Shown here piece after piece: positions 48,160 through 63,009 of a DNA stretch of 64,000 nucleotides; the stretch's first letter is position 1; each line of letters starts with the position of its first letter. The stretch spans positions 87,606,001-87,670,000 of the forward strand of contig OZ024740.1 in NCBI GenBank assembly GCA_964016885.1. The letters run 5' to 3'. A program made the translations under genes and the position numbers. Below the pieces are notes generated by a model that saw only the letters and a list, made by a program, of their open reading frames with translations, made no database searches and had not been told where the DNA came from. The stretch comes from Eledone cirrhosa. Its lineage: Eukaryota.

Positions 48160-48350
48160 AATATATAACTGTTTCTACTTTTGGCACAAGGCCAGCAATT
48201 ACCCAGTACAGTACTGGTACTTTATTTTATCGACCCCGTAAGGATGAAAGGCAAAGTTAACCTCGACGGGATTTGAACTCAGACCATAAAGGGACGTAAC
48301 TTTGCTGGAAAGCATGGTGTCCGACCCTCTACCGATACTGCCAATTCAAC
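48160..48350 (-). mobile_element. Nin-type SINE
   Basis: Full match to the 42116 and 59237 copies. Confidence 0.85.
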
Positions 48351-49842
48351 ATAGAAGTATAAGAACAGAGAGCATTCTACATTAAGATGCCAGCAGAAAA
48401 TAAAAAAATGTACAGAATGTTGAAATAATGTCATATTGCATGTTTGAAATATAAGGACAAGTATAGATGGAAGAAAGGTCATGGATTTAAAGGAAAAAAA
48501 TTGCCAATATCCAAAATATGTCTGCCTATTTTAAAACGTTTTTTTTTCCTTGTCAAAATTCTTTTTCCTGTACTTGGTGACAACTGGAGTGCCTTGCTAC
48601 ATATTAGTAAATAAAAGCCCTCACACACATGAAACCAATGACAACTTGATATGGGAGATTAAAGAGGGGAAATATATCTATACATATGTGTATATACATA
48701 CATATGTATGTGCATATATATACATATAAATAGATAGAGATAGAGATACCCACATATACATACATATTTACACACACGTCGGTGTGTGTGTGTGTGTAAA
48801 TATATGTAGGTGACAGAGAAAGTAAAGTACACTACTAATCAGTAATATAGAGAAAAAAATATCAAAAGGAAACATGACAGGGCAGAAAATTGAAATATCA
48901 GTCAAAGAAAATATAAAGGTGGATGGGAAGAAACATGTATGCCTCCCTTAAGAATTATGAGAGTATTCACTTGCCAAGAATTTAATAACATCACCAATAT
49001 CATCAGGCGTGTGTGTATATGTGTATGAGAGAGAGAATGTGTGGGTACATATATGTATGTGTGTGTGACATTGAGTGAATGTGTGAGTATGTAATATAGA
49101 TATAGATTGATGTGTATATATGTATGAGTGTGTGTGTCATCTACAGAGCATCAAATTCTAAGAGGCAAGGAAAAAACAATTATTTTTTGTAGTTGTTTCT
49201 TGTGATAAAAGACCTTGAAAACATGATGAGATCTTGTTGATAGCCATATTGGTACAGTATTAGCTTCAAGGAAATGATATAATGGACACATACATTTTCT
49301 GTGTATATGTCCCTATATATATATATATATATATGCTAAACCTATGCTAGCATGGAAGATAGACGTTAAATAATGATGATGATGATATACATGCTCACAT
49401 ATGTATGTGTGTGTCTATATATGTATGTGTGTGTAACTGCATGCTTCGTTTGTCTGTATGAAGTCTTATATTCATACTTTTTTCCTCTTTGACAGGTCAA
49501 GGAAATAATTGTGAATGAGAAGAGCAGTGGATTAAGTTGGAACAATTCATTTAGTAATTCAATTCTTGAAAAAGAAACTTATCAATCGAAGAATTGACAG
49601 CAAATGGAAGTGATTAATTTATTTTTTACTTCTACCCCCCCCCCCCCCCCCCACCTTACTATACATATACTCATGCACATTATATATATATGTATATATA
49701 GATATAAATATATAGTCATATCTCTGTCCCTCACTATACATATATATATAACTTGCAAGCCGGGAAAAGCGGATGTAAAATGATGATCATGATGATGCTA
49801 TCCTACTCCCCATCTGAAAACACACACACACACACATATATT

Positions 49843-49878
<36 letters not shown>

Positions 49879-51534
49879 AGAAAGACAAATAGAAGACAAG
49901 TAGTAACAAAAGTAGCTTCTGTTAAATGAAACTATTAATATTCTTGGGTTGATATTCTACAATATGACTTTCTATCTCAACAATATTTTAATCATCCACT
50001 CACTCCTCATATATTGCATGTTTGATGATAATGTAAACTAATAAAAACCTACAAAAACTATGGCCCATATGCTTACTAACTGTTTTAATACTTGTCACTA
50101 TTGCTAAGCAGATATGTCATCACTGCTAGGATAATTTCTGTTTCTACTGGAACTTAGATACACACACCCACGTGGGTGTGTGTCTGAAGAGTATTATTTA
50201 ATGTATGTTTTTCTATAATTGTGTACACACACAAATACACACATTCATAAACATACTTTGTTCTTTATGCAGAAGCAGTTAGCTTTACAGACTACAATAA
50301 CATAGAAACCTAAAATGCAAACATATTGATTTTGCAAAGATGAAACAAACAAACAAGTAAGTATTAATATTACAACAATTTATAAAATTCCACAGTAAAA
50401 CAATTCATTTCAAAATAAGATAAACAAATTGAATTATTACAAATGAGAAAAACAAAAAAAAACAAAAAAAAACAAAAAAAAAACAAAGCAGAAATAACGA
50501 ATAAATAAATAAATGTAAAAGTTCTTGGAAGATTTTGATAAAATTTGTATTAAAATCTCGGTGCAAAGTCAGGGCAAAATATCAGAGTTCTTACAATTAA
50601 TTAATTTGAAAGTATTCAACTTGATAGTTTGGGACTTATCACATTTATTTCACAAAATTATAAACATTTTAGGTTTTCTCTATACTCTGGAAGGTTTTAA
50701 ATCATTTTTATTTGTGTTAGATAAGCATCCCTCTGACAATTAACTGAATCATTTTCTTGGAAATCCTCTTCTATTTATTGTGGTTATTATTATTATTATT
50801 ATTATTTAATATTCAATATTTTACGTTGAAAAGTGGGGTAATCATATTTAGTTTTTGAAAATTCTTTCGTATTACTGGAAGGTAATTTTTGTTTTCAATA
50901 ATAAAGATTTCAATGGAAATCAGTGAGGAATAATCTCTATATACCCCAAAAATAAATACAAATGGCATAGCAATTCTGAAATTGTTGACAAGAAATGAGA
51001 TTATGAATATACAATATATGACATAAGATCAGTTTTTTCCAACCTGTTCCTTACCATTTATTAACCCTTTTGATACATACTTGCCTGAAACCACCTGTTT
51101 CCATGATGCAAAAGCTTCTGTTTCAAAATATTCATATTCAACCTGTTTATTATCATATTTCTAATGAAAAAAATATTGCCTAATATTTTCCAATCATTTA
51201 ATAATCGAGAATTTGGAAGAATTTAGTACTACAACCAATTTGCTCATTAAGTTGTTTGGAACATAATTTAACAAATTTTATAAAAAAACATTTTGATGGC
51301 AGGATTTTACAAATATATATAAACACTTTCAAACAAACAACTTATTCTAGAACCAGGGGTAGTTTCAGGCAGTATGGCATCAAAAGGGTTAAATTAAAAT
51401 ATTCGAACATAATTCTATGTAATAACTTTTTGTTAAATTATATTCCAACCATGAAATTAAATACCAAGTTAGAAATAAATAATTTAGTAAAATAACTAAA
51501 ATTATAAGTCATAGGTTGTGTATCCTATTAGAAA

Positions 51535-53335
51535 TCATCATCATCACCGTTTTACATCTGTTCTTCCATGCTAGCATGGGTTAGACGGGTTGTGGGCAGT
51601 GTCCAGTCGGCTGACCTTGTTTTGCTCATACGGGAACTGATTCTGGCTTGATTTCTACAGCTGGATGCCCTTCCTAACACCAACCTCATTTATAGTGAGT
51701 GCTGGGTGCTTTTTTCCGTGGTGCCTGCACGTCCACTTTACAGTGTGGGCTGGGTGCTTTTTTGCCGTGGCACCTCCACGATCACTTTGCAGCGAGAGGG
51801 TGTGGGGCATATTGTCTATATGCTTCAGCTTCGGCTTGTACCAGAGGTCACGGTCATGTGTTATCCATCACCTTTGAGAGGTGTAATTGGGTAAGGTCGG
51901 CTTTTATCACCTCATCCCATGTCTTCTTGGGTCTCCCTACTCCGTGGTTTCCATCGACTTCAAGTGCTCTGCACCTTTTTATGCAGCTGTCATCCTTCAT
52001 ATGCATCACATGTCCATACCAACACAACCGCCTCTCCTGCACGCCGCAATTGATTCCTCTTATACTCAGTCTCTCTCTCAATTCATTTATGCTTTGCAGT
52101 TCGCGTATATTACTATTACACATCCATCAGAGCATGCAGACTTCGTTTCTTTCTAATCTATGCAAGTCTTCCACAGACAGTGCCCAGGTCTCACTACCAT
52201 GTAACATTGCTGTTTGTATACATGCATCATACTGTCTGCCTTTCATTTTGAGGGAAAAGCCTTTTGCAGCTAGCAGTGTCAGTAGCTCCCTGAACTTCTT
52301 CCATCCCGTTCTTACCCTAGTTATTGTACTTTCCGAACACCCACTCCTGCTGCTAATTCGGTCACCTAGGTAGCAGAAGCTGTCTACTGTTTCTACAGAG
52401 CCCTCCCAGAGTTTAGTGGTACTTGTTTCCTGTGGCTGTTTGCTGCTTGCTGTCCCAGCACAGCTGCTACATGTGAAGCCTACATTCTTAGTTAAGCTTC
52501 CTGAGATCCCGCTACATCTCTTGTGTACCCATTGTTTGCATTTGGGGCAGAGAATGGAGTTCCTACCTACACCTTTCCTACATACTGAGCAAGGCCATTT
52601 CCCTGAGGGGATCTGGGTTCTGTTTTCTCGTCTACTTACAAGGACCTTAGTCTTTGTCAGGTTGACTTTGAGACCCTACCTTTCTCGTCCCTGCTTCCAA
52701 GTTTGGAATTTCTTCTCTAGTTCTACCATAGATTCAGCTATAAGTGCAAGGTCATCTGCATACAGGAGCTCCCATGGGCATCCGGTCTTAAACTCCTCCG
52801 TTATTGCCTGCAGGACTATGATGAACAGTAGAGGGCTAAGAACGGAGCCCTGGTGGACACCAACCTGTACACTAAGTTCCTCGCTAATCCTAACTTTGCT
52901 GACTGCTCCCCTATACATGGCTTGTACAGCTTTCACAAGCCATTCATCTACTAGCTTTCTAAGAGCCCACCAGATTATAGCACGGGGAACTCTGTCAAAG
53001 GCTTTCTTGAGATCGATGAATGCCACGTAGAGTGGCTTACTTTTAGCTAGGTACTTTTCCTGTAACTGCCTCACAAGGAAGAGGGCATCAGTGGTGCCTC
53101 TTCCTGGCACAAACCCAAATTGCATCTCATCTAGTTTAACCCGGTCCCTCATCAACTGTACTATAACTCTTTGTTACTTTCAAGACTTGGTCCACCAGCT
53201 TTATACCTCTATAGTTTCCTCTATCTAGTGCATCACCTTTGCCTTTGTTGCAGTTGAAAATGATGGTACTGCACCAATCCTTTGGTATGACACCTAGTAT
53301 TACCTGGTTAACAATACGTGTGGTTATGGTGTGAT
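51535..53335 (-). mobile_element. RTE LINE family C, 5'-truncated and degraded
   Basis: RT fragments in ORFs 52676-53155 (YADD) and 51854-52123 with stops and frameshifts, a 3' UTR with the GGAAGGGCATCCAG motif, and a (CAT)n tail. Confidence 0.9.
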
Positions 53336-54304
53336 AAAGTTATGAAATGGTTAAATGAATTTTCCAACTGATCTCAGGCTTTTGAAAGGTCTGCTTACTT
53401 AACAAGTTGACAAGACTTGTACAAAATACATGGATATATATTGTTGATTTGCTGTTGTCTCAGGTTGTCACCCGATTCAATGCAGCCATGCCCCACTGGG
53501 GCTGCAACATGGTTGCAGCGCCTGGAGGATGTCACATGATTGCTGTCATATGAAAGAAGAAGAAGAACAACAACAAGTTGACAGACTCCCATAACTTTCT
53601 TTGTGGAACCACAGGCTCTGTAGATCAAAGGTTGGAAACCTATGCATTAGATGGCAACCAGATGTAGAGTAGTTTAATGGAAGTGTATGTGGCCATAGCC
53701 AGACAGTCAGGAACTTAACTTCCCAATCATCAAGTGCTGAGTTCAATATCACTGCCCGTTATCTTAGATATGTGTCTTTTACCATATCATTTGGTTGACC
53801 CTAGACCTGTGGGAAAAATCAAGTAGTCAGAAACAGAAAATTAAACTATGTGGAAGCCTGTTGGGTAGATTGTGTCTATAATTCAATGAGAAAAATCATC
53901 AAATATACAGCTTATATGAGGTTTCATATAGGTTTCTTTGGCATTTCATGATAGAGGTCTATCATGAAAAGGAATATGAAATGAAGTATCTTGCTCAAGA
54001 ACACAAACCACCCAATCCAAAATTTGTGCCCCATGACCATATGACTGAGCCCAACACTAACCACCAGATTATGTGCCAGTCTTGTCACACTCAACCATTC
54101 ATATGTTAATTTAAGAAGTTGAATGTCTAATTGAACAAACAACAGATGGTTCATCAGTGAAACTGTTAGTTACAAAGAAACTGCAAATAAAAGGTTTAAA
54201 TATGTGATTGGTATTAAAAAACAGTACGGTTGTCAACCTATATCAACTATTTAAGATTTGTTACTGAATATCACAAAATTGTCCAGATATCAAATTAAAA
54301 ATAA

Positions 54305-55155
54305 TGATTTATTATTTCTATATTGGCATAAGGCAAGACATTTCAGGATATGGATAAGTCAATAATATTGACTCAGTATTGGACTGGTACTTTACTTTAG
54401 TGAATCTGGAAGAATGAAAGTCAGAATTCACCTTAGCTTGATTTGAAAACAGAATGTAGAGACAAAACAAATATCAAAGCATTTTGTTTGATGTTTTAAT
54501 GATTCTGCCAATTCACTGCCCTTATAATAATGGTTTTTGATTTAGGCATGAGGGCAACAATATGGGGGAAGGAGAAAGTCAAATAAAATCACCCCAGTAT
54601 ATTACTGGCACTTAATTTTATCAAGCTCATAAGAATGAAAAACAAAGTTAGCTTCAGTGGGATTTGAAATCAGAACGTACAGGGCAGTAGCTATATGCTG
54701 CAGAGCATGTCTAAGGTTCTACTGATACTGCAAAACCACTGCCCTTATATAATAATTGTTTCTACGTTAGGCACAAGGCCAGAAATTACCCAGTGTATTA
54801 CTGGTATTTTATTTTATCGACCCCGTAAGGATGAAAGGCAAAGTTAACCTCAGCGGGATTTGAACTCAGAATGGCAAGGGCCATAACTCTATGCGTCAAA
54901 GCATGGCGTCCGACCCTCTACCAATACTGCCAATCCACTTCTGATTTTAGGCACAATGCCAACAATTTTGGAGTAGAGGAAAATGTATTAAATTGACACC
55001 AGTGCATTACTAGTACTCTATCTTATCGACCCCGTAAAGATGAAAGGCAAAGTTAACCGCAGCATGATTTGAAATCAGAACATAAAGGACCATAACTATA
55101 TACCGCAAAGCATGTTGACCGATGCTCTACCACTACTGCCAATCCACTACCTTAT
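54305..55155 (-). mobile_element. Four head-to-tail Nin-type SINE copies
   Basis: Modules at about 54305-54520, 54530-54745, 54750-54940 and 54941-55152, each ending in CTGCCAAT(C/T)CACT or a close variant. Confidence 0.8.
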
Positions 55156-55410
55156 AATAAATATAATAGCTGTTTCCCAAGAGATAAATTTATACAATTA
55201 TAGGAAAACATTATGATCATCATCATCCAGTTCATTATTATCATTATCATTCTTTCTACAAATTCCTCATATGTCTGAGAAGTAGGTTGTCATCAGATGA
55301 TTGATATCAGAATTAATGACAATGTGGTGATGATAGCAAGTTTGTGCATCTATATGGACAGTATCCAAACAACAATCTATGAAGGTAAAGTATCTAACAC
55401 ACACACACAC

Positions 55411-56560
55411 ATCATCATCATCATTATTATCATTATCATCAACGTTTAACGTCCGTGTTCCACGCTTGCATGGGTTTGGACGGGGGTTTTCCCACTTGAG
55501 GCAAGAGTGATTGTCTTGCTCGCATAGGACTGTCTGGCGGGTTTTCTACAGCTGGATGCCCTTCCTAACACCAACCACATTTACAATGTGGGTCTGGGAG
55601 GTTTTTACCGTGTTGCCTACACGGCCACATTACAGCGTGGACTGTCTGGCGGGTTTTCTACAGCTGGATGCCCTTCCTAACACCAACCACATTTACAGTG
55701 TGGAACTGGGAGGTTTTTACCGTGTTGCCTACACGGCCACATTACAGCGTGGACTGTGTTTTTTTGTCGTGACACCTACATGATCTCATTTGTTTCGGCC
55801 TGGATGGTGTGGCACCAACATAACTTTACATAGAGGGGGGGGGGGGGTATTTTGTTAGAGATGCCTACTGACTGTAGTAGGTTTTACTATGTATTTAGGT
55901 AAGGCAGGTCTTCTCTATTACTGAGTACCGCCAAAGGTCTCGGTCCAGTGACATTGTCTTGGAGAGGTGTAAGTGTGTGAGGTCGGAATTTATCAGCTCG
56001 TCGCAGGTTTTTCTGGGTCTGCCTATTCCGTGGCTACCGTCTATCTTTATTGCCCTGCACTTTGTTATACAGCTATCGTCTTTCATGCGCATCACGTGTC
56101 CATACCAACGTAGCCTTCTCTCGAGTAAACAACATCTGATCCCTCTTATTTCTAATTTTTTCCTTAGTTCGTTTATGCTTTGCCGTTCACGTATATTACT
56201 ATTACACATCCAGCGGAGCATGCAAGCTTCGTTCCTCTCTAGTCTGCGTATATCCTCTGCACACAATGCCCAGGTCTCACTGCCATGCAACATTGCTGTT
56301 CGTATGCAGGCATCATACAACCTGCTTTCATTTTTAGGGAGAACCCTTTAGTGGCTAATAGTGGTATAAGCTCTCTGAACTTTTTCCATCCAGTTCTGAC
56401 TCTAGCTACTGTACTTTCAGAGCACCCTCCCCCACTGCTGATTTTGTCACCCAGGTAACGGAAGCTGTCCACTATTTCTATAGAGCCCTCTGTGCAGTTG
56501 AAAGAGCTAGTATTTTGTGGGCACTTGCTGCTACTTATTGCACCAGAGCACCGGCCACAT
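55411..56560 (-). mobile_element. RTE LINE family B, 5'-truncated copy
   Basis: ORFs 55895-56320 and 56239-56472 (frameshift). The 3' UTR has a 112-bp internal duplication, and the 5' end abuts (TA)n. Confidence 0.92.
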
Positions 56561-56580
56561 ATATATTATGTTATATATAT

Positions 56581-56619
<39 letters not shown>

Positions 56620-59236
56620 TATATTATATTATATATGTATAAGAAAATGTGGAAGTAAGGAGAAGTAAAGATGTTTAAAATATTTAAAAATGAAAAATTA
56701 AAACAATATATATAAATACTGGGAAGAATAAAATTGAATTTAAATTCTCTGGGCAAACAAGACTGTTGAATGCTTTAATATATATATATTGTATTTTTTA
56801 CTTAAACTTTTTTTTTTGCGTCTGTCATTGGTAAATATTATAGAAATGATTATTTGAAAAATATCCTCCTTTAGCAGAAATTGCAAAGACAAAGTGCTAA
56901 GCAACTAAAATGTTTTATTCTAAAATCATTTGCATTTATTCTGAAGATATACAGGAGAGGAAGGAGATAGCGGTAGTGTTAGATATGTGTAGATGTATGG
57001 TAGAAATAAACTCCTATGTCAATTAAATATTTATAGCCCTGGGTAGTTCAGTTGTTTAATAGAATGGAAACAATAGAAAAGTCTTAAGTCTCCATGAAAT
57101 AACAAGGATTGCAGGAAATATTATAGCACAATCTGACAATTTAATATTTTAAAATTCCATAAAAATTAATCATCTTAATGCATATTTATCTGTTAAGCAA
57201 AAATTAAAAATACAAACAGATACCTAGATGAATAAATAAATAAATAAATAAAATAAACAAATAAAATAAATAAACACATTCAAATCTCAAATGGATGTCT
57301 TAAAATGGAAACATTTTGTTGATATTATTCTATCAAGTGAGGTAAACAGTGCATTGTAGTGTAATGTAGCAGTAAATTCTTGACAAACAATTTGGTTTTC
57401 ATACAATCTCAAACTGTTTTACCTCACTTGTATTTGCTAATGTCCCTGGGGACTTATGAACGTCAGACATTCCCTTCTCACTTCATTACAAAATATCTGG
57501 CTTCATGTTGAGTGTAAAAAACCCCAATAAAAATTAAACCATAATCTCCATTGTAATATAGTAGAGAAGGTAAAGAGATAGTGAGAACTGTGCATCATAT
57601 AGTTTACACTTTATTGTTAGGGTTTAGTCTTCCCTCATCCTCTCACATGAAGATATACAGAAACCTACTATACTTCTAATTTATCAGCCATATCTCTCTC
57701 TCTTTACTTACATTAATGTCCTTTCATCTAAGAGAAATAATTTCCACTACTACCAACAACCAGTTTCTGCCATTCTTGCTGTTGCAACTACTGAATGATA
57801 CATTTTGATTAGCTTAACGCGTGTTAATTTGGTGCATTTAGTTGTATGCAAGCCTGTGCATGTGTTCATACTTTTAAGGTATGTTATCTGGGATAATATT
57901 GCAGATATAGTCACAGAGCTTGAGAGCATGGAGTGCATGAATCAGCTTGTTTACTGAATCTGAAGGTCGTGCCTTAGCATGAGTGCAGCCCAATGAAAAA
58001 CCAGTAAAATAATAGGATGTGTATGTGCATGTTACACTTGATTCAGGGTTCAATTATGGCTAGGTTAATATGAATAGATAGGAAGTTTGTCTTACAATAA
58101 TAAGGTCCCAGATTTGATTCTACAGCACATCACCTCGTGTAAAGTGTTTTCTGAAATATGCTCAGATTCAGAATGAAGTTGGGTAGGTGGAAACTGTATG
58201 GATGCATGTCAGCTGCATTGTATTCATAATTAGAGGGACATGCAGTGTCAAACTGACTATCTCTGGATTACATTAAATGTACAACTGTGTGTGAAATACT
58301 CAACTACTTATGCTATAATTCAATAATAGGTAATTTCATTCATAAAACAAATGTATATTAGCAGGAAAAGGGCCTATTTGATAAGTCAGTGGCTCTGATT
58401 AAGTACTCACTTGGTCTGTAATGACCTGTCTAATCCTTGCTAGCCCAGAAAAACTGATGATGAAGGTTATGTTGGTGATAGGTACGATGATAACGATGCA
58501 GGTGGTGGTGATGACGGTGTTTGTATGTATGCATATGTCTTAGATTTTTAGAACAGGTGCAACTTATCCCTGCATGATGTAAGATATTCCTAAATATGTT
58601 GGTATAAAACTGATTCTGAGAGACCTGTCTGTCCAACCTATACCAGCATAGAAAAGCAGATGTAAAATTGATGATGACAGTAAAGAAGAGAAAATGAGAG
58701 AAAAAAAAAGGAAAGAGTGAGCAAATGAGATATCTTGCTGGTAACATTATTGCAAAAGAATGTAAAGAATGAAGTGATGTTTTACAGAACTATGTGATTA
58801 TCACATTGGTAACTATAGGTGATCTCTTTTCTGGAAGAAAAGTACTTGTTGAATATCCGATGCAATTCTTGTGCAGCTGTCGAGTATGGTGTGAGAAAAT
58901 GTGATTGTGGTGCTATCAGATTAGAATGTCACGTGTTAAATGTACTGAAAAGGTGTTATTCAGAACATATAGATGTTAAGGGTGGTTGACGGCCCAGGTC
59001 CATGCATGTAACCATATTAATGAAACCATTGGTCTGAGAGAATACCACTCTTAAATCATTCACTCACAGGTCTGTTACATCATAATGTATGTTAGAATAT
59101 GAAAATTCAAATGTAAAAATAGATTTCTTCTAGCTTTTGCAGAACATAGATTTAATTGGTAGACTTTTAGCTACTTTAGGTTAAAAAAAAAAAGCAACTG
59201 AATAAGAATTACATAATTGTTTCTGGCTGCAAAGAA

Positions 59237-59421
59237 ATAATTGTTTCTATTTTAGGCACAAGGCCAGCAATTACCCAGTACATTACTGGTACTTTATTTT
59301 ATCGACCCCGTAAGGATGAAAGGCAAAGTTAACCTCGGCGGCATTTGAACTCAGATCATAAAGGGACGTAACTCTATGCTTCAAAGCATGGTGTCCGACT
59401 CTCTACCGATACTGCCAATCC
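59237..59421 (-). mobile_element. Nin-type SINE
   Basis: A box TGGCAGTATCGG and B box GAGTTCAAAT on the minus strand, plus a Nin-like domain. Confidence 0.85.
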
Positions 59422-60264
59422 AAGAAATAATGAGTGGGAATTTGTCATGTTTACTCATATTCCTACCATTAAATTTGGAATCATCATCATGTTGGCATGG
59501 GTTAGACAAGACTTCTTCTCAGGCAATATTCTTTGCTAAACCATACTTTATTTTTAAAGTTTGGTACTTATTCCATTCATCTTCAAACTGCTACAATATA
59601 ACGTTTATTGTTTGAACAGAAGAGAAATATCATTTGCTAAAACTGTATTAAAAAGAGTTTCCATCAATCAAATTCACTCACAATGCAGTAGTCAGCTTGA
59701 GGCTATATCAGAAAACACTTGCCTAAGGTACCACATAATAGAATTAAACTGAGAACCTCATGATTGTGAGGCAAACTTCTTAAAACTCAGCCGTGCTTGT
59801 ATTCACATCTTTGTATTAGATTTAGCAGAAAACTTAAGACTTCAATGATCTATTAACCAATGCTTTAATAAGAAAATGGAGGGAGCTATAGTTTGGAATA
59901 CGTGCTGATAAAATACCTTAACTGCATTGAGGAGATATATGCTATGAAGATTCAATTCAAGTTTGAGGTTTTCAAGAGCAGTAGTTTGTAGCTAGCAATA
60001 TGTGATTCTAAAGCTAAAATCCTCACTACTGCTTCTACTATCGGTGACTTTGCACCCAGCATCAAGAATGATATCTATAACTGATCAATAATTTATTCTA
60101 TCAGGCAGAAAAGATTAACAATGCGAAGCAAATATATCAACATTAATGCTATGCCAAAAGGTTCGGAATCAAATTCTTCTGGGAAAGATTTTATCTTGTT
60201 TTATTTGTTTTATTTTGAGAAGACAAAATTTAAGCAATTGAAGCTTCAACCATATATAAGACTG

Positions 60265-60660
60265 TATATGCATACATATATGAATGTATGTACACACAGA
60301 TACACATTTATATGCATGTATGCGTGTGTATATATAGCAGGGAAGGCGGACGTTAAATGATGATATGTATGTGTGTGTATATAGTATATATATATATGTG
60401 TGTGTATGTGTGTATGTATATATATATATGTGTGTATGTGTATATATATGTGAGTGTATGTGTGTGTGTATATATATGTGTGAGTGTGTATATATATTAT
60501 GTGTGTGTATATATATATATAATATATATATTATATGTGTGTGTGTGTGTGTATATTATGTATATATATTATATATGTGTGCGTGAATATATATCCATAC
60601 AGCATAGAAAGGGGATGTCAAATGATGATTTATATATGTGCGCGTGTGTAGTTTTGTGTG
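60265..60660. repeat. (TA)/(TG) microsatellite containing a ~30-bp RTE tail (60336-60364)
   Basis: AGCAGGGAAGGCGGACGTTAAATGATGAT embedded in low-complexity DNA. Confidence 0.8.
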
Positions 60661-62684
60661 CCATTACACCCTGTGGAAGTTATTCAATATTCCATTCTAC
60701 AGGTATTCCAGTATTAAGGTGGTGTCAACTGCCTAACAGGACTCTATTCATATATTCACCTCACCTATATATCCTTACAATGCATTACCATTTTATTATA
60801 GTTATATTCCTATTACTCACCACCTACTTGTTTCCTTGCAAAATTTTCCTAGTTTTATCTAATAGTTTTTCATCTGAAGTTCATTATTGTCAGCGACTAT
60901 AGGAGTTCTACTTAAATTCTGACATGTTTACTCTTGTTCCTTAGACACTTTCATAGGCCTGTGGCTATAAAAAATATTTCTTATATAAAGAAGAAACACC
61001 GATGTTTCTTTTTCTACACTTAAGGTGTATGTTTGTATACATTATACTCATTTGTATAGACTTATTATTATTATACCGAATTTCTCCTTCCCTTAGAAAT
61101 AAAAAAAAAAAATTACCCAATATATTATTTGCCTCTAAGAAGTCCCATGGTGTGATTGAATAAACCAATAACTGTTCAAAACATTAGAACAGCAATGTTT
61201 TTTTTTCTTTTTAATGTCACATATATAACCTCCTCCTCCCCCCCCCCCCAAAAAAAAAGATTTTGTCTAAGGATTTTGCAGAGATCAATTATAATACATT
61301 GAATTATTCTATAAGATGTCATGGTAATCTTCACTGTGGAGCTTCCTTTCTCTATTATTGCTGACAAATATCACCCCCAAACATTTGACATCAGACTGTT
61401 ATTGATATGGTCAAGTATAACCCTAGCACTTAACTCTACTTGATCAGACTTAACACAGCAAATTGGGAGAATACTTAGAATTTTAGACAAAATGTCTTCT
61501 ATTTAATCCAGCTTCTTGCTTTTTTAGCTCAAATTTCAAATCCTGCTATGATATGACTGACAAGTAAGGTACTGGTCAAGTGTTAGAAATAATAGCCAAA
61601 TTCCCCTCAAATCACACTTTTGTTTTAAAAAATAGTAGATGGTTATAGATGGTCTGTGTATGTTTGTGTGTGTGTGCATGCGGGGGGGGGGGGGGGATCA
61701 CAATTCTCAACAAGTATTCTTATTTTGTACTATAATTCAGAGAACTGAAATGGAATGCAGAATGGAGATTCAGTGCGATGCAATGTGTGACAAGACCACC
61801 CATTTGAAATACAGGTATTGTTCATCTGACAGGCTTCTGAACAGCTTCCCTCTACCCAATTTCAATCACTAGGCTTGTGTGGATCTGAGGCTATAGTAAA
61901 TGACATTTACCCCAAATGCTATGAAATGGGATTGAACCCCGGACCAAACGATTGCAAAGCAAACTTCTTAAGCATTTGACAATGCTTCATCCCAAATTGC
62001 CATATATTTCATTGGTTTGTGGTAGCAATTGTTATTTTTACTAAATTACTTTTGATAGGCTAGCATTCTATCTTGGGAAGATTTTTTTCTCATCTACTTA
62101 ATGTTAAAGAACTACGTGTAAATCCTGGCTTGTTATAGATCATAAGGAAACAGAAAAAAGTTAGCATTAGATTTTATGAACCTGGTGATATTTTCAGTCT
62201 CCATGCTACAAATTTATAATCATGATTCATTCTTAAAAGCATTTACAGTGCGACCCCAATCAAAATACGGCCTTTTACGTTCTTTTTGACAATTCACAAA
62301 TTATGAATTAAAACATAAAAAAGGTATACCCTTCATTCTTGGTATAAAATTTACATTTATGATTTCAATAGTAATTATCTTGTCATTCACCAAAGAGTTA
62401 GAAGCAATACTTAATGATTTCAATAATGTCTGATTAAAATTGAATATCTTCAGATATATACATAAAATTACTTTAATGGAAATATTTCTAATTCAAAATT
62501 AAATTATATACCAGTGACTTACTTCACAGATGCCCAGAAGGAGGGTAATCAAATACAATTGATATTCAGTAAGAAACTGCAGACCTTTCACCCTTCATTG
62601 TACAGTATTGTAATTCTGAGTTCTATCTACTGAACGAAGTAGTTACGATTTTGAATATGGGTGGGTCAACATAATCATTAATTT

Positions 62685-62800
62685 CTTTTATTCCTTTATA
62701 CTTTTACTGGTTTCGGTCATTAGACTGCAGTCATGCTGCAGCATCACATTCCTTTATTCTTTTACAGGTTTCGATCAATTGACTGCGGTCATGCAGTAGA
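62685..62800 (-). mobile_element. Two degraded CR1/SINE-type 3' tails
   Basis: CTTTTAC(T/A)GGTTTCG..GACTGC(A/G)GTCATGC, similar to the tail at 22025-22083. Confidence 0.55.
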
Positions 62801-63009
62801 TTTAGTTGATTATACCAACTCTAGTACATATATTTCTAATTTTAGTACTTATTTTATCAATCTTTTGTTATTCAGGAGAACTTCTGTCCGAGTTGTTATC
62901 CAGAGCGTTAATTACTTGAATGAGTTTGATGTCACAGTTGTAATACTTCATCATTTTCCACAAACCCTCATGCCAAACATGATCAAAGGTGATTTTTTAA
63001 AGTCGAAGT

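Noticed and set aside
50160-50186. Palindrome ACACACCCACGTGGGTGTGT
   Set aside because: Short and largely explained by adjacent (CA)n/(TG)n, with no associated element.
32277-62600. Short 60-105 aa ORFs as possible host exons
   Set aside because: No recognisable domains or convincing splice-bounded coding segments. Small exons cannot be excluded without RNA-seq.
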